From: Mariniblastus sp.
GTDB lineage: Bacteria; Planctomycetota; Planctomycetia; Pirellulales; Pirellulaceae
Direction: 5' to 3'
NCBI GenBank assembly: GCA_047639375.1
Contig: JBLINZ010000001.1
Coordinates: 1 to 60,645 of the forward strand
DNA: 60,645 bases
The notes beneath the pieces were generated by a model that saw nothing but the letters and a program-made list of their open reading frames with translations, searched no databases and had not been told where the DNA came from. Position numbers and translations under genes: made by a program. The stretch's first letter is position 1, and each line of letters begins with the position of its first letter. Shown here one piece after another: positions 29,470 through 40,521 of this stretch.

Positions 29470-30894
29470 ATGACACTGAAGGACGGACTGAAGATGAACG
29501 AAACAATTCAGCACTCTGCTGGCGACAACACGGATACCATTCCCGTCGAGAACAAAGCTCAACTCGTGGAATATATCGCGGCGGGTTGCAAGCCTCCGGA
29601 GGAGTTCCGACTAGGCGCCGAGCAAGAGCAGTTTGTCTATCGCGCGAACGACTTGCGCCCCGCGGCCTACGACGGCTCGGAAGCTGGGATCCGGTCACTG
29701 CTTGAAGGAATGACGCGGTTCGGCTGGGAGCCAATCCATGAAAACGGCTTGCCGATTGCGCTTCACCACGGAGGTCGTTCGGTCACGCTGGAGCCTGGCG
29801 GCCAGTTGGAACTCTCAGGTGCTCCATTGAATAACGTGCATGGCACGATGGAGGAAACTCGCACGTATCTCCAGCAACTCAGCACGTTGTCAAACGAACT
29901 GGACTTGCGTTTCCTGGCGCTGGGTCATCAACCTAAGTGGTCGCGAAATGAACTACCCTGGATGCCAAAACAACGCTATCGCATCATGCGCGACTACATG
30001 TCTGGACAAGGTTCACTGGGTCTGGACATGATGCAGGGCACCTGTTCGATGCAGGTCAACGTGGATTTCTCGACCGAAGCAGACATGGTGAAGAAATTCC
30101 GAGTCGCATTGGCGGTTCAGCCGCTGGTCACTGCACTTTTTGCCAACTCACCCTTTGTCGGCGGAAAGCCTAGCGGCTATCTCAGTTACCGCAGCCACAT
30201 TTGGAGCGACACCGATATCGATCGATGTGGCAGACTTCCGTTCGTGTTCGAGGAAGACATGGGATTCGAACGTTACACGGATTACATTCTCGATGTGCCG
30301 ATGTACTTTGTGATCCGAGATGGCGCTTACATCGACGCCAGTGGCATGTCCTTCCGCGATTTTTTGGCTGGCAAGCTCACGGTTCTCCCCGGCCAGCGCC
30401 CGGTCCTTGATGATTGGGTGAATCACCTGTCGACCGTGTTCCCGCATGTGCGTTTGAAGAAAATCTTGGAAGTGCGTGGTGCAGATGCCGGTGATTTCCC
30501 AGCACGCGTTCCAGCGTTAACCGCGTTGTGGGCGGGACTGTTGTATGATTCTGAGTCGCTGGATGCGGCGTGGGAGCGAGTTAGGACGTGGACGCCCGAA
30601 GAGCACCATTCGCTAGACATCGGCGTTGCCAAACACGGATTCAACACGCCGTTTCGCGACGGTAGCGTGCGAGATCTCTGCCTGTGGATACTTGAATTGT
30701 CTCAGCAGGGCTTACAACGGCGCAATCGGAAGAACCACCAAGGCCAAGACGAAAGTTGCTACCTCGCGCCTCTTCAGGAAGTCGCACAGACGGGGCGAAC
30801 TTTTGCGGAACAACTTTTACAACGTTACGAAAACGAGTGGCACCAAGATATCGATATCGCGGTTCATGCCATGTGTGAGGAGAATTCGCTTTGA
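29470..30894 (+). CDS. gshA: glutamate--cysteine ligase (plant/alphaproteobacterial GCS2-type)
   Basis: LGAEQE, TLEPGGQLELSGAP, WMPKQRYRIM, QVNVDFSTEADMVKKFR, ALFANSPF, LEVRGAD. Confidence 0.95.
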   Translation: MTLKDGLKMNETIQHSAGDNTDTIPVENKAQLVEYIAAGCKPPEEFRLGAEQEQFVYRANDLRPAAYDGSEAGIRSLLEGMTRFGWEPIHENGLPIALHHGGRSVTLEPGGQLELSGAPLNNVHGTMEETRTYLQQLSTLSNELDLRFLALGHQPKWSRNELPWMPKQRYRIMRDYMSGQGSLGLDMMQGTCSMQVNVDFSTEADMVKKFRVALAVQPLVTALFANSPFVGGKPSGYLSYRSHIWSDTDIDRCGRLPFVFEEDMGFERYTDYILDVPMYFVIRDGAYIDASGMSFRDFLAGKLTVLPGQRPVLDDWVNHLSTVFPHVRLKKILEVRGADAGDFPARVPALTALWAGLLYDSESLDAAWERVRTWTPEEHHSLDIGVAKHGFNTPFRDGSVRDLCLWILELSQQGLQRRNRKNHQGQDESCYLAPLQEVAQTGRTFAEQLLQRYENEWHQDIDIAVHAMCEENSL

Positions 30895-31844
30895 GCATTC
30901 GAAAACTGGCAGTGATCATGGATCCCATCGAATCTGCCAAACCGCACAAGGACAGCAGCTTGGCAATGCTGTTGGAAGCTCAGCATCGTGGATGGGAGAT
31001 TCACTACGGCGGGCTGAGCGACATTTGGCTGCGCGACGGCGAGGCCTTTGGGCGTCTGGCCAAACTTCAGGTTGCGGACGACGAGGCGAATTGGTTCGAA
31101 CTCGGCGACGTGGCGGTGGCTCCACTGGGCGACATGGATGTCATTCTGATGCGCAAAGATCCACCTTTTGATATGGACTATATCGTTGCGACCTACGTTT
31201 TGGAGCGTGCAGAAGACCGCGGCGCCGTGGTCGTCAACCGCCCACAGGGCCTGAGAGACGCCAACGAGAAAGCGTTCATGGCCTGGTTTCCGAATTGCGC
31301 CCCGCCGACCATGATTACACGTTCGCTGGAAGAAATGCGTTCGTTCATGAAAGAGCACGGCAAGGTTGTGGTCAAACCGCTCGACATGATGGGCGGCCGT
31401 TCCGTGTTTGTCACTGACGTCAACGATGGCAACCACAATGTCATTCTTGAAACGATCACCCACTGGGGCACACGCTTCGCGATGGTTCAGAAGTATCTAC
31501 CTGAGATCGTTAGTTCGGGCGACAGGCGAATCATCTTGATCGATGGTGAGCCGATTCCACTGGCGCTGGCGCGAATCCCATCTCCTGGCGACCACCGTGG
31601 AAATATGGACGCCGGTGCCAGCACAGAAATCCTGCCCCTTACGGACCGCGAGATCTGGATCTGCAAGCAAATTGGCCCAGTGCTGCGAAAAAAGGGTCTG
31701 CTATTTACCGGCATCGACGTGATCGGAGGCTTCATGACCGAATTGAATGTCACCAGCCCAACCGGTATCCGAGAGTTAGAGCGCGTCGCTGATGTTCAAA
31801 TCACCAAGCAAATGTTCGACGCCATCGAATCCAAACTTGAGTGA
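30891..31844 (+). CDS. gshB: glutathione synthetase
   Basis: IMDPIES..KDSSLAMLLEAQ; LMRKDPPFD; KPLDMMGGRS; GDRRI; ELNVTSPTG. Confidence 0.97.
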   Translation: MSIRKLAVIMDPIESAKPHKDSSLAMLLEAQHRGWEIHYGGLSDIWLRDGEAFGRLAKLQVADDEANWFELGDVAVAPLGDMDVILMRKDPPFDMDYIVATYVLERAEDRGAVVVNRPQGLRDANEKAFMAWFPNCAPPTMITRSLEEMRSFMKEHGKVVVKPLDMMGGRSVFVTDVNDGNHNVILETITHWGTRFAMVQKYLPEIVSSGDRRIILIDGEPIPLALARIPSPGDHRGNMDAGASTEILPLTDREIWICKQIGPVLRKKGLLFTGIDVIGGFMTELNVTSPTGIRELERVADVQITKQMFDAIESKLE

Positions 31845-32073
31845 GCGATTTGCCAACTCAATCTGGTGGGGCGTGCGGGAGTCAATCGCTTGAGCCGAAA
31901 GATGCAAAGTCAGCAACCTTGACCTTGGGCACCTGGCTAGGCGGAATGGCCGGCCGCTCACCCGTCCCGACTTAACTAGATCAACAAGCCGGCAATGCTG
32001 CGGGCTTCGCTGCGGGCTATCGGTTGTATCCCTACCGTGGCTAAAAAAATGTAAAGCAAGTACCATTGGCTTC

Positions 32074-33018
32074 ATGTCAAACACATCCTACGCACTTGAA
32101 ATTCGGAATCTTACCAAAACCTACCGGGATGGAACCGAAGCCCTGCGCGGAATCGACTTGGATGTTGAAGCGGGCGAGTTTTTTGGCTTGCTGGGGCCCA
32201 ACGGCGCGGGCAAATCAACCACGATTGGGATTATCACTTCATTGGTCAATAAGAGTGCCGGCACGGTCGGGTGCTTTGGAATTGACCTCGATCGAGATCC
32301 ATCCGGTGTCAAGCGGCAGATCGGGTTGGTGCCTCAGGAGTTTAACTTCAACCAGTTTGAACACCCTTTCCAGATCGTCATGCAACAGGCTGGCTATTAT
32401 GGGATCCCTCGGGCACTGGCCCGTCAGCGATCCGAGAAGTATCTTCGCGAAATGGGACTATGGGAAAAGCGATTTACCAATTCGCGGATGCTTTCCGGTG
32501 GAATGAAACGACGCTTGATGATCGCTCGCGCATTGGTTCATGAACCAAAGCTGTTGATCCTCGATGAACCCACCGCCGGTGTCGACATTGAATTACGGCG
32601 TGCGACCTGGGCACTACTGGGAAAGATCAATCGTCAAGGAACGACGGTCATTCTCACGACCCATTATCTTGAGGAAGCCGAGGAGCTTTGTCGTCGGATT
32701 GCGATCATCGATCACGGTCAGATCGTCGAAAATACCGACAAGAAATCACTCTTGGCAAAACTGCACGTCGAAACGTTTATTTTTGATTTGCAAAATCCGG
32801 CCCCTGATGATCTACGGCTCGATAGCTACCAGCATCGACTCACTGATACCGCCACGCTGGAAGTCGACCTCTCCAAGGAAAACTCACTCAACGATGTGTT
32901 TTCGATCCTTTCGAGCCAAAACATTCAAGTGGTCTCGATGCGGAACAAGGCGAATCGCTTGGAAGAACTCTTTATTAATTTAGTCGAAGCCAACGAGCAC
33001 TTGAGAAACGGGTCATGA
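32074..33018 (+). CDS. yadG: ABC-2 transporter ATP-binding protein, YadG-like
   Basis: GPNGAGKSTTIGIITSLVNK; GLVPQEFNFNQFE; LSGGMKRRLMIARAL; SMRNKANRLEELF. Confidence 0.9.
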   Translation: MSNTSYALEIRNLTKTYRDGTEALRGIDLDVEAGEFFGLLGPNGAGKSTTIGIITSLVNKSAGTVGCFGIDLDRDPSGVKRQIGLVPQEFNFNQFEHPFQIVMQQAGYYGIPRALARQRSEKYLREMGLWEKRFTNSRMLSGGMKRRLMIARALVHEPKLLILDEPTAGVDIELRRATWALLGKINRQGTTVILTTHYLEEAEELCRRIAIIDHGQIVENTDKKSLLAKLHVETFIFDLQNPAPDDLRLDSYQHRLTDTATLEVDLSKENSLNDVFSILSSQNIQVVSMRNKANRLEELFINLVEANEHLRNGS

Positions 33019-33845
33019 AAGCTGCCAGCGAAAAAGTTATAGATGAAAACTCTCGTCTGCGAGCCAATCTGATTGGTCTACAGACGATTGTGATCAAGGA
33101 AGTCACACGATTGCTCAGGATCTGGCCGCAAACCATCGTGCCGCCAGTCATCACGACGACGTTGTATTACATCATTTTTGGCAAAGTGATTGGGTCTCGT
33201 GTCGGCGAAATGGGTGGAGTTTCCTACATGGAATTCATCGTTCCCGGCCTGGTCATGATGAGCGTCATCAATAACTCCTACTCCAATGTTGTCTCTTCAT
33301 TCTTCTCATCAAAGTTCCAGCGGAACGTGGAAGAGATGCTGATTTCCCCCATGCACAATAGCGTCATCCTGTTGGGATTTATGGCGGGAGGAATTGTTCG
33401 CGCGATGATGATCGGCACCATTGTCCTTTTAGTGAGTATGTTTTTCGTCGAAACAATATCCATCTACAGCATTCCCGTCACTTTCACGGTTGCCCTGCTG
33501 ACCGCTTCGCTGTTTTCCATTGGCGGGTTCATTAACGCATTGCTGGCCCGCAAGTTTGATGATGTCGCGATTATCCCGACTTTTGTGCTGACGCCCCTGA
33601 TCTATCTTGGCGGTGTTTTTTATGCGATTGCCTTGCTTCCGGAACCTTGGCAGACGATTTCTCGTTTCAACCCGATCGTTTACATGGTCAGCGCTTTTCG
33701 TTACGGCATTCTCAAAGATCAATTGAATCCAGCTGTGATTGACATCAACATTGGCGTTGCCTTTGGAATCATTGTCGTCTTCATCATCGCGTTGTTTTCT
33801 TTGGCATTGTGGATGCTGAACCGCGGAACCGGACTTCGTGCCTAG
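33015..33845 (+). CDS. yadH: ABC-2 transporter permease, YadH-like
   Basis: RIWPQTIVPP; YMEFIVPGLVMMSVINNSYSNVVSSFFSSKFQR; GTGLR C-terminus. Confidence 0.9.
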   Translation: MKAASEKVIDENSRLRANLIGLQTIVIKEVTRLLRIWPQTIVPPVITTTLYYIIFGKVIGSRVGEMGGVSYMEFIVPGLVMMSVINNSYSNVVSSFFSSKFQRNVEEMLISPMHNSVILLGFMAGGIVRAMMIGTIVLLVSMFFVETISIYSIPVTFTVALLTASLFSIGGFINALLARKFDDVAIIPTFVLTPLIYLGGVFYAIALLPEPWQTISRFNPIVYMVSAFRYGILKDQLNPAVIDINIGVAFGIIVVFIIALFSLALWMLNRGTGLRA

Positions 33846-33904
33846 CTCTCTCGCAGAACCTACTGTCTGGCAGGAATCGCCTGTGGAGATCAAATCAAGC
33901 AACC

Positions 33905-34693
33905 ATGATCGTAGAACAAATCTGGACGGCCAATCGGGCCCGCAACTTCAACTACCTGGTCGCCTGCAATGAAACCGGTGAGGCCATGGCAATTGACCCA
34001 GTTGACCACCACCGTTGCTTGGCCGCCGCCGAAAAACGAGGATGGCGAATCACCCAAATCGTCAACACGCACGAGCATGGCGACCACGTTGCCGGCAACG
34101 CGGCCATGATCGCAGCGACGGGAGCCAAGTTACTGGCGCCCGGAAACGCCGGCCAAAAAATCAAGAACGTCGACCGAGGACTCAAGGACGGCGATATGGT
34201 CAACGTGGGCACCAGTGTCGAACTGATCGTCTTGGATACACCAGGCCACACGATGTGCCACCTCGCGCTTCTGTCCACAGCCCAGCCACCGGTGTTGTTG
34301 AGTGGTGACGTGCTGTTTAACGCCGGTGTTGGCAACTGCCACAACGGTGGCGACCCGCAAGTGCTGTTTCAGACCATCGAAACAAAGATTCAACATCTGA
34401 CCGACGAGACCCGCGTCTACCCGGGGCATGAATACTTGTTAAACAACCTGGCCTTTAGCCTTGACCGTGAACCGGACAACCCGCAAGTCAAAAAACTGTT
34501 AGCTCAATTGGGCGAATCCTATGATCCCGATGAGCCGCTGGTCACAACGATCGGACTGGAGCGTGCCATCAATCCATTCTTGCGACTTGGAAGCAAAACG
34601 CTGGTCGACCGACTGCGTGAATCGTTCCCGGACATGCCAGATACCCGTCAGGACGTTTTCTTGAGACTGCGGCAACTTCGCGATCGCTGGTAA
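33905..34693 (+). CDS. gloB: hydroxyacylglutathione hydrolase (glyoxalase II)
   Basis: NFNYLV; THEHGDH metallo-beta-lactamase motif; TPGHT; YPGHEY..NL.F; ERAINPFLR. Confidence 0.92.
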   Translation: MIVEQIWTANRARNFNYLVACNETGEAMAIDPVDHHRCLAAAEKRGWRITQIVNTHEHGDHVAGNAAMIAATGAKLLAPGNAGQKIKNVDRGLKDGDMVNVGTSVELIVLDTPGHTMCHLALLSTAQPPVLLSGDVLFNAGVGNCHNGGDPQVLFQTIETKIQHLTDETRVYPGHEYLLNNLAFSLDREPDNPQVKKLLAQLGESYDPDEPLVTTIGLERAINPFLRLGSKTLVDRLRESFPDMPDTRQDVFLRLRQLRDRW

Positions 34694-34696
34694 GGG

Positions 34697-35227
34697 CTAA
34701 AAAGACGATCCTGGCTCGTTGAGAAACTCGATCTCTTCGGGAGTCGAGTCGCGACCCAGGACTTCATTGCGGTGGGGGTATCTCTTGAAACGTTCGATGA
34801 TCGCGTTGTGCCGAACTTCGAAGTCGAAATTCCCTGTGCCCTCAAAAAGCCGAAGAGCGACTTGATGGATGATTGCAGATTCGCTGTGCATGAAAGGCAT
34901 ATACAAGAAGCCAACTTGTTTATCCCCAAGTTCCTTGTCGGCACCCACCAAAATCGCTTCTTGGGCAAGCGATAGTGCCTGCGAGTCGTTGGCAAACGAC
35001 GCTGGCTGGTCCCGATACAAATTCCGCGAAAACTGATCCAGGACAATCACTTCGGCCAACCGCCCCTCCGGCCGATCTCGCCAGCCAAATAGCTCGCACT
35101 TGGTCGCGGCGGCATGAATTCCAGCAAACCGGTCACGTATCAGTTTGTCAAATTCGGGATCCTTTTTCCAGTGCTGTGCTGGCTCTATCTCTTCAAACCA
35201 AAACGTCAAAACTTCCTTCCAAGGCAT
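34697..35227 (-). CDS. DUF924 family protein
   Basis: VLTFWF; LAEVIVLDQFSRNLYR; FLYMPFMHSE; IERFKRYPHRN..LGRDST.EE..FL. Confidence 0.92.
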   Translation of the reverse strand: MPWKEVLTFWFEEIEPAQHWKKDPEFDKLIRDRFAGIHAAATKCELFGWRDRPEGRLAEVIVLDQFSRNLYRDQPASFANDSQALSLAQEAILVGADKELGDKQVGFLYMPFMHSESAIIHQVALRLFEGTGNFDFEVRHNAIIERFKRYPHRNEVLGRDSTPEEIEFLNEPGSSF

Positions 35228-35568
35228 CGGTTCTCCTTTGCAATTGACTCGCTGGAACGGCAAAGCATGTACCTTGACGTCGCCTATCAGTAGGACTTAA
35301 TAGCCGGCTTCAACAACGGATTGAATGAATTTCAAGATCTGCTTGTTGTACTCGAACCGGCAAGCAACGTTTAGGCGATCAATTCAATTTCAACGCAGAG
35401 ATCCCCCCCACGCTTCGTCTCACGAAATAGGTTACCCGATTGTCCACGAAATCTTGGTATTCGCAAAATGAACTGACAGGGATTGGACCCAACAAGCAGT
35501 CAAATGATGGTATCATAGAGGGTTGCCTTAATTAAGCCTGCGATTAATCACGAGTTCGATTCAGCGCC

Positions 35569-38500
35569 ATGCACTTTCCAACGTTAAATTACGTATTTCT
35601 GATCGCAGCATTAACGAGCTGCATCTCAAGTCAAAGTTTTGCACAAGACAAAACGGTTGACTTCAATCGTGACATCCGTCCGATCCTCTCTGACAATTGT
35701 TTTCTATGTCATGGGCCAGCAGAATCCACACGCGAAGCCGACTTGCGGTTGGACGTTCGGGAAGCAGCGGTCGATTCGGGAGCGCTGATTCCGGGAAAAC
35801 CGAATGAAAGCGAGATCGTGGAGCGAGTCTATTCCGATGACGAAGATCTCGTCATGCCGCCGGTTGATTCGAACAAACGTCTAACCAACAAACAACGTGA
35901 ATTGCTCAAACAGTGGGTTGCCGAAGGCGCGGAATATCAAGAGCACTGGTCGTTTGTGGCTCCGCAAAAATCAACCCAACTCGATTCTGATAAATCAATT
36001 GATCATTTTGTCGAAAAGACGTTGCACGCAGAGGGCTTGAACTTTTCTCCACAAGCCGATTTGCGAACGTTGATTCGGCGCGTCACGTTTGACTTAACCG
36101 GATTGCCGCCGACATTGGCAGAGGTCGATTCATTTTTGAAAGACGCGACTGCAGGAGGCGTGGACGTTGCCTTTGAAGCAGTCGTTGATCGCTTGCTTGC
36201 TACTTCGGCCTATGGCGAACGGATGGCACTGGCCTGGCTGGACGCCGCGCGGTACGGGGACACAAGCGTGATGCACGCGGATGGCCCACGTGACATGTGG
36301 CCATGGCGCGACTGGGTCATCAACGCTTACAACGCAAATATGCCGTTCGATCAGTTTACCGTTGAGCAGTTATCCGGAGACCTGATCCCCGACGCAACGG
36401 TGGAACAGAAGATTGCTTCCGGATTCAATCGAAATCATGCCACCAGCGACGAAGGCGGCGCGTTCCCCGAGGAGCTTCGAGTTGACTACGTTGTAGATCG
36501 CGTTCAAACGACTGCGACGGTCTGGCTAGGTTTGACCTTGGAATGCGCCCAGTGTCATGACCACAAGTACGATCCGCTCTCGCAGGAAGAGTATTACAAG
36601 TTCTTCGCCTATTTCAACAACACAGCCGACCCGGGGATGCAAACACGCAACGGCAATCAGTCTCCAACCGTGGACGTGATCGACAAGATCCGCGCCGGGA
36701 AACTGGCGGAATTAATGACGAAAATCGAGGCGACAAAGAAACAACGAGACGAATACAAAGCTTCCGTTGAGACGACGTTTGTGGCATGGGCGAAGATTGC
36801 GACCGAAAAAGCCACCGCTGATGACAATCCTGTCAAAGAATTGACCGGGTTGACGCACTGGTTTCCACTTGACGAAACGGATGGGAAAGAGCTCAAGAAC
36901 AAAGTCACCGGTTCAATTGCGACTTTGGAAAAAGGAAAACTGACAGCAGGCGAGCGTGAGGGCAACAAGACGTTGAAGCTCGATGGCCGAACGAGTTTTC
37001 TTTGCACTGAAAAAGTTCCGGAACTGAAACGAAACAATCCTTTCTCATTCGCCGCCTGGATCAAGTACGACGGCAAATCAGGTGGAGCTGTTTTTTCAAA
37101 AATGGATGTCGCCCAAAACCATCGCGGTTATGACTTGTGGATTCAAGGGTCCAATATTGGTACTCACATCATCAACTCTTGGCCCGGTAATGCGCTCAAA
37201 GTCGTATCAACGGACGCGCTCAAAGCCAACACGTGGCAGCATGTGGTGGTGACCTATGACGGGCGTGCCAAAGCCGATGGCGTGAAGATATACATTGACG
37301 GCAAGCTTTCAAAAAACAAAGTTGAACAAGATTCGCTGACACGTTCGATCACCGCCAAGGTGCCTTTCAAAATCGGGAGTCGCTCCGAAGGAGCCAATTG
37401 GAAAGGCGAAGTCGATGACATTCGGATTTACGATCGGTCGTTGCAGTCTGAAGAAGTCTCACTTGCCAAAGGTGATGTGATTGGTGGCATCCTGGGAACC
37501 GCCACGAAGGAACGAACCGAATCGCAAGTTGAAACGCTACGCAATTATTTTCTTGCGAACGAGGACACAAAATATCGAAAACTGAGTACGGCGCTGGCGA
37601 ACGTTTCCAAGCAGCACGCCAATCTTAATGCGAAACCAATGACCACGATGGTCATGAAGGATAATCCAAAAGACAAAATGCGGATGACTTATGTATTGGA
37701 CCGGGGGCAGTACGATTCGCCGAACAAAGAAAAAACGCTCCAGCCAGGTGTTCCTGCTGCCCTGCCGGCACTTGTCGAGGACTCGCCGCAAAACCGACTG
37801 GGACTTGCCCAATGGCTTGTCCGTCCTGACCATCCACTGACAGCGCGCGTCGCGGTCAACCGTTATTGGATGATCCTGTTTGGAAATGGCTTGGTACGAA
37901 CGGTTGGTGATTTTGGGGCGCAGGGCGTGCCACCTTCGCATCCGGAACTACTTGATTGGCTGGCGGTCGATTTTGTCGAATCGAAGTGGGACGTAAAACG
38001 GATGCTCAAGCAGATCGTAATGTCCAAAGCGTACCGGCAAAGCTCACGGCAGGAAAAGCTTCATCTTGAAAAAGATCCAACCAATCGACTGCTTGCTCGT
38101 GCACCGAGATTTCGATTACAAGGCGAGTTCATTCGAGACCAATCACTCGCGCTGAGCGGGTTGCTGTTCGACTCGGTCGGTGGGCCGAGCGTCAAACCGT
38201 ACCAACCGGTTAACATCTGGAATGAAGTCAGCATTAACAAAGGGCTCCGTTACACACAGGACAAAGGTGAGAAGCTTTATCGCAAGTCCATGTATACGTA
38301 TTGGAAGCGAAGTGCCCCCATGCCAAACATGATGATATTTGATGCGCCCTCTCGCGAAAAATGCGTTGTCCAACGGGCCCGAACCAACACCCCGCTGCAG
38401 GCTTTGGTGACGCTTAACGACCCACAGTTTGTCGAAGCCGCCCGTGCACTCGCTCAGCGACTGATTAAAACGGAAACCAACGAGTCAAAACGAATTGATC

Positions 38501-38733
38501 TGGCGTACCAACTGGCGACGGCAAGGCATGTAACCCAACGCGAACTTGAAGTGCTGTTGAATCTGTTGGCGGACCAGCGAAAGCGATTTGTGACCGACCC
38601 AGAAAGCGCGAAAAAGTTTCTTGCAGTGGGAGACTCAAAACGCGACGAGTCGATTGACATAATTGAGCATGCCGCCTGGGCAGTGATTGCCCAGATCATT
38701 TTAAATTTGGATGAGACTTTATCTCGGGGCTAA
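35569..38733 (+). CDS. planctomycete cytochrome c / DUF1549 / LamG / DUF1553 protein
   Basis: [19 protein letters not shown]; [15 protein letters not shown]; [11 protein letters not shown]; LamG insert ([10 protein letters not shown]); [11 protein letters not shown]; [13 protein letters not shown]. Confidence 0.95.
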   Translation: MHFPTLNYVFLIAALTSCISSQSFAQDKTVDFNRDIRPILSDNCFLCHGPAESTREADLRLDVREAAVDSGALIPGKPNESEIVERVYSDDEDLVMPPVDSNKRLTNKQRELLKQWVAEGAEYQEHWSFVAPQKSTQLDSDKSIDHFVEKTLHAEGLNFSPQADLRTLIRRVTFDLTGLPPTLAEVDSFLKDATAGGVDVAFEAVVDRLLATSAYGERMALAWLDAARYGDTSVMHADGPRDMWPWRDWVINAYNANMPFDQFTVEQLSGDLIPDATVEQKIASGFNRNHATSDEGGAFPEELRVDYVVDRVQTTATVWLGLTLECAQCHDHKYDPLSQEEYYKFFAYFNNTADPGMQTRNGNQSPTVDVIDKIRAGKLAELMTKIEATKKQRDEYKASVETTFVAWAKIATEKATADDNPVKELTGLTHWFPLDETDGKELKNKVTGSIATLEKGKLTAGEREGNKTLKLDGRTSFLCTEKVPELKRNNPFSFAAWIKYDGKSGGAVFSKMDVAQNHRGYDLWIQGSNIGTHIINSWPGNALKVVSTDALKANTWQHVVVTYDGRAKADGVKIYIDGKLSKNKVEQDSLTRSITAKVPFKIGSRSEGANWKGEVDDIRIYDRSLQSEEVSLAKGDVIGGILGTATKERTESQVETLRNYFLANEDTKYRKLSTALANVSKQHANLNAKPMTTMVMKDNPKDKMRMTYVLDRGQYDSPNKEKTLQPGVPAALPALVEDSPQNRLGLAQWLVRPDHPLTARVAVNRYWMILFGNGLVRTVGDFGAQGVPPSHPELLDWLAVDFVESKWDVKRMLKQIVMSKAYRQSSRQEKLHLEKDPTNRLLARAPRFRLQGEFIRDQSLALSGLLFDSVGGPSVKPYQPVNIWNEVSINKGLRYTQDKGEKLYRKSMYTYWKRSAPMPNMMIFDAPSREKCVVQRARTNTPLQALVTLNDPQFVEAARALAQRLIKTETNESKRIDLAYQLATARHVTQRELEVLLNLLADQRKRFVTDPESAKKFLAVGDSKRDESIDIIEHAAWAVIAQIILNLDETLSRG

Positions 38734-38737
38734 CGAC

Positions 38738-40192
38738 ATGAATAATCAAACCGAACAACGACGTCACTTCCTGTTAAAAACAGGATTCGGAGTGGGTGCG
38801 GCGGCGCTTGGCACGCTGATGGATCCAAGCTTGATCGGAACGGCGGCAGCCGACGAGCGATCGCATCCGGGCATGCCGCAGTTTCCAAACTTTGCTCCCA
38901 AAGCCAAACGCATCATTTACATGTTCATGGCCGGCGGGCCAAGCCACATCGATACGTTCGATTACAAACCGGAAATGCATAAGTTCCATGGTGAGGAACT
39001 TCCCGATTCGGTGCGGCAAGGACAGCGTTTGACGGGAATGACGAGTGGACAAAAGTCGTTTCCCTGCGTTGCACCGATGTTTAAGTTCGAGCGATTCGGG
39101 CAACACGGAACGTGGGTCAATAAGGACATCCTTCCCCACACCGCGAGCATTGTTGACGACATTTCGATTGTGAAATCGATGCATACCGAAGCCGTCAACC
39201 ACGATCCCGCGATCACCTACATTAACACCGGAGTTCAGCAACCGGGAAAACCTTCGCTCGGTTCGTGGCTAAGTTACGGTCTCGGAAGCGAAAACGATAA
39301 CATGCCGGCTTACATCGTGATGATCTCGCGCGGCCGCGGAAACTTACAGGGACTTTATGATCGGCTTTGGGGTTCCGGTTTTCTTCCAGCTCGGCATCAG
39401 GGGGTCAAGCTTCGAAGCAGCGGCGAGCCGGTTTTGTATCTGAACAACCCTCCGGGAATTGATCGTCAAGCACGTCGAAGCATGCTGGATGGTTTGAATG
39501 AATTGAACCAAGTCGCTTATGACAAATTTGCCGATCCTGAGACGCAAGCGCGGATTTCGCAATACGAAATGGCTTTCCGGATGCAAAGCGAAGTTCCCGA
39601 ATTGATGGCCATCGAGAAAGAACCGAAACACGTTCTGAAACTTTATGGCGACGATGTTGAAAAGCCAGGAAGCTTTGCACGCAATTGTCTGCTTGCCCGA
39701 CGAATGGTTCAAAAAGGCGTCCGTTACGTTCAACTGTTCCATCGTGGTTGGGACCAGCACGGAAACTTGCCTCGTGACCTGCGAAACCAGTGTCAGGACA
39801 TTGATCAACCTGCTGCAGCGCTGATCAAAGATCTGAAACAACATGGAATGTTGGATGATACGCTGGTGGTCTGGGGGGGCGAGTTTGGTCGAACCATCTA
39901 TTCGCAAGGCAACTTGACCAAGGACAATCACGGACGTGATCATCACGGTCGCTGTTTTAGCGTCTGGATGGCAGGAGCTGGTGTCAAACGTGGATTCGAA
40001 TACGGAAAAACTGATGCTCACAGCTACAACATTCTCGATGACAGCGGCGTCCACATTCGTGATCTCAACGCAACGATCCTTAATCAGTTGGGGATCGATC
40101 ACCAACGCCTGACGTACAGATTCCAGGGACTTGATCAGCGACTAACGGGCGTGGAAGAACCCGCCCGCGTTGTGAAGCAAATCCTGGATTAG
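38738..40192 (+). CDS. DUF1501 (Tat-exported, sulfatase-like) protein
   Basis: RRHFL Tat motif; [23 protein letters not shown]; WDQH; GEFGRT; GRDHH. Confidence 0.95.
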   Translation: MNNQTEQRRHFLLKTGFGVGAAALGTLMDPSLIGTAAADERSHPGMPQFPNFAPKAKRIIYMFMAGGPSHIDTFDYKPEMHKFHGEELPDSVRQGQRLTGMTSGQKSFPCVAPMFKFERFGQHGTWVNKDILPHTASIVDDISIVKSMHTEAVNHDPAITYINTGVQQPGKPSLGSWLSYGLGSENDNMPAYIVMISRGRGNLQGLYDRLWGSGFLPARHQGVKLRSSGEPVLYLNNPPGIDRQARRSMLDGLNELNQVAYDKFADPETQARISQYEMAFRMQSEVPELMAIEKEPKHVLKLYGDDVEKPGSFARNCLLARRMVQKGVRYVQLFHRGWDQHGNLPRDLRNQCQDIDQPAAALIKDLKQHGMLDDTLVVWGGEFGRTIYSQGNLTKDNHGRDHHGRCFSVWMAGAGVKRGFEYGKTDAHSYNILDDSGVHIRDLNATILNQLGIDHQRLTYRFQGLDQRLTGVEEPARVVKQILD

Positions 40193-40521
40193 GAACGAGT
40201 CGCAGCACAAACAGGTCTGTATTCGTCGCGGTGGCTTTCAGCCGTTGATTAGTTCCCAAATGCTGCGCGAATCGTGTTTGCTTTCGCGGAAACGACGTTA
40301 GCGGTCGCGTGGCCCGTCTTGTTTACGTTCGAAACAAGCAGTTCCCCCGAGCCAGGTCACCCATGCCCTTGTTCAGCTGAATGTTCACCATAACAACGAC
40401 AATACCAATCACATTGGATCGGTCAAATTACGCGTAAAGCACCCTGAACGAATTCAAGGGTGGTGCATTGATTCAAAATTGAATTGGATCCAGTTGTCTT
40501 GGAATCTCAATTGAGCTGCCG

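Noticed and set aside
31850-32070. GC-rich gshB-yadG spacer as a riboswitch or ncRNA
   Set aside because: No recognisable aptamer consensus or convincing long stem by eye; an Rfam/Infernal scan would be needed
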